Assembly (NCBI RefSeq): GCF_009914755.1
Contig: NC_060926.1
DNA length: 64,000 nucleotides
Source: the human T2T-CHM13v2.0 reference genome, Homo sapiens
Direction: 5' to 3' (one strand)
Shown here piece after piece: positions 55,978 through 64,000 of this stretch. Within the stretch, counting starts at the first letter, position 1, and each line of letters begins with the position of its first letter. Position numbers and translations under genes: made by a program. The notes under the pieces are model-generated. The model searched no databases. It was given only the letters and a program-made list of their open reading frames with translations, and was not told the origin of the DNA.

Positions 55978-57900
55978 GTCATTTATTTTTAATTTAATTT
56001 CACTGTGATTAGAGAACTTATTTTGTATGATGTCAACACTTCTCAATGTATTGAGGCTCGTTTTATGGCCTAGCATAAGGTCTATTCTGCAAAATAGTTT
56101 ATGAGCCCCAGAGAAGAGTGTGTATTCTGCTGCTTTGATGGAGAGTCTATTAGATCTTGTTGGTTTATAGTGTTGGTAAAATTTTCTGTATCTTGTTTTG
56201 CTTCTTTTACATTGTTGTATACATTATTAAAAGGAGATATTAAAACTCCCCAACCATTATTATTGAATTGTCTATTTCTCCCTTCAATTCTGTCAGTTTT
56301 TGTTTCATGTATTTTTTATGTCTGCTCTCGGGTGCACATGGAAACTCTCCATCGGGTTTCATTTATTTATTTTTCCACAAAACACTCTGTGATCTAGTTA
56401 TCAGAGAAGATCGTAGTTTAGAAGACAAAGTAAGAGGTAAAATGTTTCAGTGAAATAATACTCTGTGTTAGGCACTATGTTTAAATATTTGTACATACAT
56501 TTTCTTAGTAAATGCTATAGAGAATCCTTGGCTATCAGTACTATTGCCTCATTTCAAAATGATTGATAATACGAAGTTTTTCAGCAGGTAGTAAGATCAC
56601 AGAACCAGTAATTGGTAAATTAGGGATTTAAATTCTCTTTACTTGATTTTCAATATCTGAGTTTTTTCTAACATAACTGGCTGCCTCAGAGCTTGGAGAA
56701 TAAAAACAAAAAAATTGCTAGCATATTAACAAATACAGAGTATAATAAAAAAATTGTAATACTTTTTGTCTAACTAATTCATTGTTGATAAGCTCCCAGA
56801 GGCAGGAAATTATTTCACATCATCTTTTCCCACTAGCACCTCTGAACTTCAAGTCTGAGCAAATAAGAATTTGCCAATTATTCATAGCATTCAAAGCACA
56901 GTATTCTTATTAACTTCATATAATTCTCATAAAACAATACAAGGACACAGTGGCCTGGTAAAAACAAGAGCTTTTGGATCAACTAAACTTATGAGAATTT
57001 TAACTCCTGCTATTAGTTGTACAATCTTGGGCAAGTTCAATATCTACTTTAAGCTTCAAATTTCTTGTCACTGAAATGGAGACAATTATAACTAAATCTT
57101 TGCAGGGGGAATTAATGTAAATCTTCTATAATACAATGATAATAATTACAGAAGTTAGAAATGGTATAAATTACTACAGAACCTTTTAAAAATGATTAGT
57201 TGAAATTGTTCAAAGCTCTTGCTTTACCTGATTGAAACATATTGATAGAGTTCGGTAAATTAGCTTTCATGTACTTATCAGTTAATCCATTTATTTTTGC
57301 AAGTGCACATTGATTTATTCAAGAACTGTTGAGCAAAATCGTAGAGGTGGTATAGTTTGCTTTTGTTTCTTAGCTAATTTTCCCTTTTTAAATTATCCAT
57401 TTAATTAATTTCTGCACGTTTTATTTCCTTTCTACTTTGGCTTTTCCTTTCTTTTTCTACTTTCTTAAGATGCAATATGAGATACTGATTTCATATGTTC
57501 CTTCTTTTCTTTAAATGTTTTTATTTTTAATCTTTGTGGTTACATAGTAGGTGTATATATTTATCGGTTACAGGAGACATTTTGATACAGGGGGAGATGG
57601 TATAGTTTGTGTTTGAAGTAAATTCATTAGATATTTATGGAAATAAAATAATATTTCATGTGGGAGATCACGTTAGAAAGAGTATGGAACTTGAAGTGGC
57701 CTTCAATGTTACAAAACCTGCAAGAAAGTCTTTAGAAGTTTGAGAATAAAATGTGAGGGACATTATCTGAAATAAGGACAAATAATTGGCAAGACTGGAC
57801 CCTAAAAGATATTATCTTCTGCACTTTATATTCAGGCATATAGGGATCTACTGGGAACATGTACAAAAGATAGTGACCAGGTTAGGCTTGTATTTTAGAA

Positions 57901-60784
57901 CAGGAGTTCCCAGTTAAGAAATGGGCCTCACAGCAGGAGGGGAGCAGTAGGTCAGTGAAGCTTCATCTGCATTTACAGCTGCTCCCCATCACTCGCAGTA
58001 GCGCCTAAGCTCCAGTAGCGCCTGAGCTCCACCTCCTGTCAGATCAGTGGCAGCATTAGATTCTCATAGAAGTATGAACCCTATTGTGAAATGTGAATGC
58101 CAGCGGTCTAGGTTGCATGCTCCTTATGAGATTATGAGAATCTAATCCCTGATGATCTCAGGTGGAGCCAAGGCAATGAAGTTAGTGCTGGGGAGTGGCT
58201 GCAAATACAGATTAACATTAGCAGAAAGGTTTGACTGCTCAGAGACCATACTAAATCAATTGTTTGCAGACCCATATTGAAATCCTATCAATGAGTGGCA
58301 AATAACAATTAAGCTGCATCTGGTGGCAGGCTTTATAGCGGTAAGTGAGTTGATGTACTTCAATTGTACAGCTGCATCTGATGGAAGGCTTTAAGTCAGA
58401 ATTCGACACTTATTTTAGTCCATGCATGGCCCACCCATTATTTTTTTTACCACTTTCATCCATACCTCTTTCCTGCACTGAGCACTTGTCTCAGTCACAG
58501 TTTTGGTAAGCCCACCAGCTAACCCTAACCAAAATGAGTTAAAAAAAAAAGTCACTGGAGAGCTTCTTTGAAAAGGGGAAAAGACCCAATGATGAGACAG
58601 CAGAAGACTCTAAGACTGCCAACAAAAGAAAAGCTGCATGATATGGTTAGACTTTGTGTCCCCACCCAAATCTCATCTTGAATTGTAATCCCTGTAATCC
58701 CCACAGGCCAAAGGATAGACCAGGTGGAGGTAATTGAATCGGGGGGGGCAGTTTCCCCTTTGCTGTTCTTGTATTAGTGAGTGAGTTCTCATGAGATCTG
58801 ATGGTCTTATAAGAGGCTCCTCCCCCTCTTCACTGGGCATTTCTCCTTTCTGCTGCCCTGTGAAGAAGGTGCCTTGCTTCCCCTTTGCCTTCTACCATGA
58901 TTGTAAGTTTCCTGAGACCTCCCCAGCCATGTGGAACTATGAGTCAATTAAACCTCTTTTCTTTATAAATTACCCAGTTTTTGGAAGTTCTTTGTAGCTG
59001 TATGAAAATGGACTAATATGCTGCATTTGGAAGAAAATACCAAGAGTCTACTTAAATTATGGGTTCATGGCGACTGGTTATTTACATTCTCCAGTCCTGC
59101 TTTGTATAATATGTGGTGACTGGCTAGGCAGCAAAGCCATGAAACCTTCAAACCTGCTTCACCACATGAAGACCAAGCACCCTCATTAAAAGACAAGCCT
59201 TTAGCGTTTAAAAACCAAAAACCATGAATATGAAGAACAGAATCAATTATTGAAGACCATCATTTCATCAAATGTATCTGCACCGAATGCCTCATCTTAG
59301 TGGCTAACTTCATTGCTAAAGCTAAGAAGCCCTTTACTATTGGTGAAGAGTTGATCCTGTCTGCTACTGAAGATATTTGTCATAAACTTTCAGGAGTGGC
59401 TGCAGTTCAGAAGGTGGCATGTGTTCCTCTTTACTAGCACCATAACTAGATGAATTGATGAAATAGCAAAGGATGTTGAGGCACAATTGTTAGAGGATTA
59501 ATGAGTCATTGTGGCAGATAATCCAGGTTGACAAGCCTGCTAATGTTGACAACAAAGCAACAACGCTTGCTTTTGTGTCATATATCTTTCAGGAGGATGC
59601 ATGAGGATATGTTATGTGCACTTTTGTTGCCAACCAATATCACAGCTGAAGAACTATTCAAGTCTTTGAGTGATTATATATCAGGAAAACTGAATTGGTC
59701 ATTCTGTGCTGGTAAATGCACGGACAGAGCGGCTGTGATGATTGAATGGCTTTCTGGTTTCACTACTCGCGTCAAAGAGTTCGCTTCTGAATGTGAGTTT
59801 ATGCATGTGTTATCCACAGAGAAATGCTGGCTAGCTGAAAAATGTCACTTGAACTTAACATTTTGCAGGATGTGATTAAAAAAATTATCAACCACTTTAA
59901 AGTGCATGCCCTTAACTCACATCTGTTTGCGCAGCTCTGTGAGGAGATGGTCGCAGAGCACATACATCTTCTCTTATATACAGAAGTGAAATGGCTTTCT
60001 AAAGGTATATCACTGGCCAGGGATTTTGAGTCACAAGAACTCCAGAGATTTCTCTTAGAAAACCTGTCATCACTGGCAGCACATTTCAGTGACACAGAAT
60101 GGGTCACAAAACTTCCTGACTTGTGTGACATATTCAACTTGCTCAATAAACTCAATCTGTCCCTGCAAGGAAAAATGACAACTGTGTTCAAATCGGCAGA
60201 TACAGAGGCTGCATTAAAAACCAAACTGGAAGTATGAGGGCGACGAGAGAACATTGGGATCTTTGACATGTTTCAAACATTAGAAGAGATTTTGAAAGAG
60301 ACTGAGCCAGGGCCTTCTTTCTCCCAACTGGTGCGTGATCACCTATCTCAGCTTTCAACAGAGTTTGAGCATTACTTCCCAATCACAAAAGATTCCTGAA
60401 TTGGGAAGGAATGGATCCCACAACCCATTTGTGAATAAGCCAGGTGAATTGACTTTGTCCATGATAGAAGAGGATAAACTGCTAGAGATCGCAAATGACA
60501 GTGGCCTTAAACATATGTTAGAGACAACTTCAAATCTCCATACATTCTGGATTAAAGTTAAGGTGGAACATCCTGAGATTGCTACAAAAGCACTGAAAAG
60601 CCTGCTACATTTCCAACATCCTATGTTTGTGAAGCAGAGTTTTCTGCAGCGACAGCAACCAAAATGAGATTATGTAGTAGGCTAAACATAAGCAACACAC
60701 TTTGAGTGTCCCTGTCTCCCATCATGGAAAAATTCTCTTCCATGAAACCGGTCCCTGGTGCCACAAAAGTGTTGGGGACTGCTG
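57901..60784 (+). mobile_element. Charlie3-type hAT DNA transposon, near full length, dead transposase
   Basis: CAGGAGTTCCC / GGGGACTGCTG termini; TSD TTTTAGAA / TTTCAGAA; ends match the MER1A in this window; transposase fragments CTDRAAVM, LLLYTEVKWLSKG, LNKLNLSLQGK and FWIKVKVEHPEIATKALKSLL. Confidence 0.92.
58639..59020 (+). mobile_element. THE1 (C/D-like) solo LTR nested in Charlie3
   Basis: TGATATGGTTAG...GACTAATATG; perfect 5-bp TSD CTGCA (58634-58638, 59021-59025). Confidence 0.93.
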
Positions 60785-61619
60785 TTTCAGAAGATCAACC
60801 AGAACTATATACTTAATTAGTTAATACATAGCCATCTCATACTTATAAAACTCAAGATAATGAGTGAATTTTTCGCGGGAGAAAGGCTAAGGAGGAATCA
60901 CGATGGCAATCAGAACTTGTACTAGGGAAGCCACTGCTGGGTGAGACTCCAAAAAATGCTTACCTAAAGGATAAGCACGCAACCTAGAAACAACCAATGT
61001 ATAATGAAAACCAAAAATATGAAAGCGAGCCCACAAACTCAGTACATGAAAAAACTTACCCTTGAAGAAAAAAATGTAGTAGATAAATAGCTACATTACA
61101 ATGAAACTTGGCATCAGAGAGAATGAGAAACCATAACCCTGAAATACATATAGAGGTTAAAACAAATAAGAGTGAATTATGATAAAGACCCAATTGGGGA
61201 CTTTGAAAATGAAAACACAATTGTAGAAAATAATATATATGTATATTTTTTAAATAAAATAATAAAATAAAGGAGCTTAATTGCATAACGGTAACTAACG
61301 AAGAGCAAATTAGTGAACTGGAATACTGAGTTGCATCATTCTTCTAAGGTATGACATAAAGAAATAAAGAGATGAAAATAATGACCAATTGTCATTTAAA
61401 AATTGAATTACACTTTTCATATTGTAAACGTGCTTTTTTTCTATTTTCATATGGTTGTATTTATTACTTTTTTACTTTTTAATGGAATATGAGCCACAGT
61501 TAGGAAAGTTTTCCCCACTCCTATGCTATACAACAATTATTTGGTGTTTTTTAAAGTATTTGCATGGTTTTAATTTTTATATTTAATCTCTGATCCATGC
61601 ATGATTTAATTCTGTATGA

Positions 61620-62015
<396 letters not shown>

Positions 62016-62455
62016 TGATTTTGTTAGTAGTAAATTTAAAAGGAGAAACTAAAATGTAGTAAAATAACAAAGACATACAATTTAGGAAGAAATGCCAAAT
62101 TGAGAGAGCAGACTTCTCAACAGCAACAGGAGATACAAGAAAATGGATAAATAATACTTTTGAACTGCTGAGAGAAATAAATTTTCAACTTAAAAAATTT
62201 TACCCAGCTAATTAAATACTCAAGAGTAAGGGATAAATACACACATAGTTGGACAAATAAAAACACTCACAAATGAAGCACATCATAAAAAAACAAATAA
62301 AACTAACAAAGAAGCCCAAAAATTCAGAGAAATGTTGAAAGAAAAAATCAAAATCATGTGAATTAAAAAGCATTGTGTGGGTGTAGAACAATAATGATAA
62401 TTAATATAAAAATAAAAAGAAGGTAGAATTAATACACTAAAATAAAAATAACTTG

Positions 62456-62524
62456 TATGAGAGATGCATACAACTAAGTTCCATATACTATGAGAGATGT
62501 GTACAACTAAGTTCCATATACTAT
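62456..62524. repeat. 33-bp tandem duplication
   Basis: TATGAGAGATG(CA/TG)TACAACTAAGTTCCATATAC x2. Confidence 0.92.
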
Positions 62525-64000
62525 TAGGGAAAAAGTTAAATGATTAATTAATTTTAGGCTTTTAAAAGTTGATATGTTGAAACTTTAAAAATACCGAATT
62601 TTAAAGAACTAAATAATGGAAAGAACTAAGTAATGGAAATATGCCAATAAATGAATAATTTGCAAATCAATGGTTGCAAAAAATAAACAAAAATATCACT
62701 CCAAAACAGTACAAAAATGAGGAAAAATGAAAGCAAAAGAAGTAGTATAAATAGGAAGTAGAAGGCAGGAGTTAATAATTATAATTAAAATGATAAAGGA
62801 ATAAATAATAAAATGAATAATTTTCTTGAACATATTGTTACCAGTGGTGACTGAAGAAGAGGTAGACAATAGGAATTGACCAGCAAACATTTAACACATT
62901 GAAACAATGATATATCTCTCAACCAGGAAATGAGTTCTATATTATTTACAAGGTAATGTTATTAACTCTTCAAAAAATAAATAATCTCTAGTGTATATAC
63001 TTTCCCCCCAAGAATAGGTGTGCTTTATATAAGTTTACTATCAACATTTGACAAGGCAATAAAGCAAAAGGAAAATTATAGGTGAATCATTCTGAAGAAC
63101 ATAAATACAAAAAGAATACGTGTTGACAGAAAGACCAAATGTAATACAGGAATGTAAAGATTATCCAGTTCCAGAATATCTGTCAAAAAGAAAAAGAAAG
63201 AGCACATGCTTATCTCGACAGATATGGAAAAATTATTTTATAAATATTTATGTTTAAACAATGGCTCTGAAAATATAAGGATATTTCTGTTATCAGATGA
63301 AAAGTGTCCAACAAAATGCACAGAAAAAAGTACTTAGTGATAAAATTTTAAAAGCATTTCCGTTAACATTGTGGGAATATTTGCCAACATTTGTTGCAAC
63401 TATTCAACACTGTTTGAGAGGTTATAAACACTTACTGTGCAGAAGAAATAAGATTAACGATTAAAGAGAAAGAGAAAAAATTGTTGTTACTTGCCAAATT
63501 TTCTATACAGAAAATTCACAATGCTACAGACAAAATGCTACACTTAAATAAGAACCTTCAGCTAGTTTTCTAAATAAAAGATTAATAACAAAAGTTTATT
63601 ACCATTTTTTGCATTTGTAATAACTAATGTAAAATGCTACTCAATACCACAAAGGCATGAACAATCCTCTCATTAATTAATAAACAATAAAATTTCAACT
63701 TGGAAAAATGACTTTCTAAAATTTATACACAAAAATGGGGGGGAAAACAGGCTTATTCTAAGACAATTTTCAAAATGGAGAATAATACTGGAAGACTTGT
63801 TACAATAGGATAATGATACTTATCTTAAAGGGATAGTACCTAAAACAGTGTGTTTTTGGCACAAGGCTGAACAAATAAACCAAAGAAACAGAACAAAGAC
63901 TCAAGAAACCAACCCACACCTGCACAGGAATTTGATTTGTAACAGAGTTTAGTTGCGGAAATTAAAAAAATATTGGGGAAGCACAGGTAATTCAATAAAT

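Noticed and set aside
59528-60667. Transposase ORFs as a domesticated ZBED/SCAND-type gene
   Set aside because: There are multiple frameshifts and stops plus an LTR insertion, and the TIR/TSD context is intact, so this is a dead transposon.

Overview
This window is primate (human-like), AT-rich, repeat-dense intergenic or intronic DNA. I find no intact protein-coding gene, RNA gene or CRISPR array, and no evidence of a novel multi-gene system; almost every ORF in the track is spurious or derived from a repeat. The most informative locus is a minus-strand processed beta-tubulin pseudogene of the TUBB8 lineage (21521-22999). It is truncated at both ends and split by a ~510-bp ERV-type LTR. It mixes TUBB8-specific with ancestral residues, and it sits behind a CpG-rich 5' segment that has escaped the CpG decay seen in the rest of the copy. 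Other notable elements are a 5'-inverted (twin-primed) L1PA at 43693-47309, a near-full-length Charlie3 hAT transposon with 8-bp TSDs and a nested THE1 LTR, and its MITE relative MER1A. The window also holds a decayed provirus with integrase and env immunosuppressive-domain remnants, a probable ancient RTE-clade LINE relic, about 14 Alus (one with the 12-bp deletion of the AluYd/Yc lineage), MaLR LTRs and several local tandem duplications. Repeat subfamily names and reference residues come from recall of consensus sequences, not from a database search, and boundaries without TSD support are approximate.
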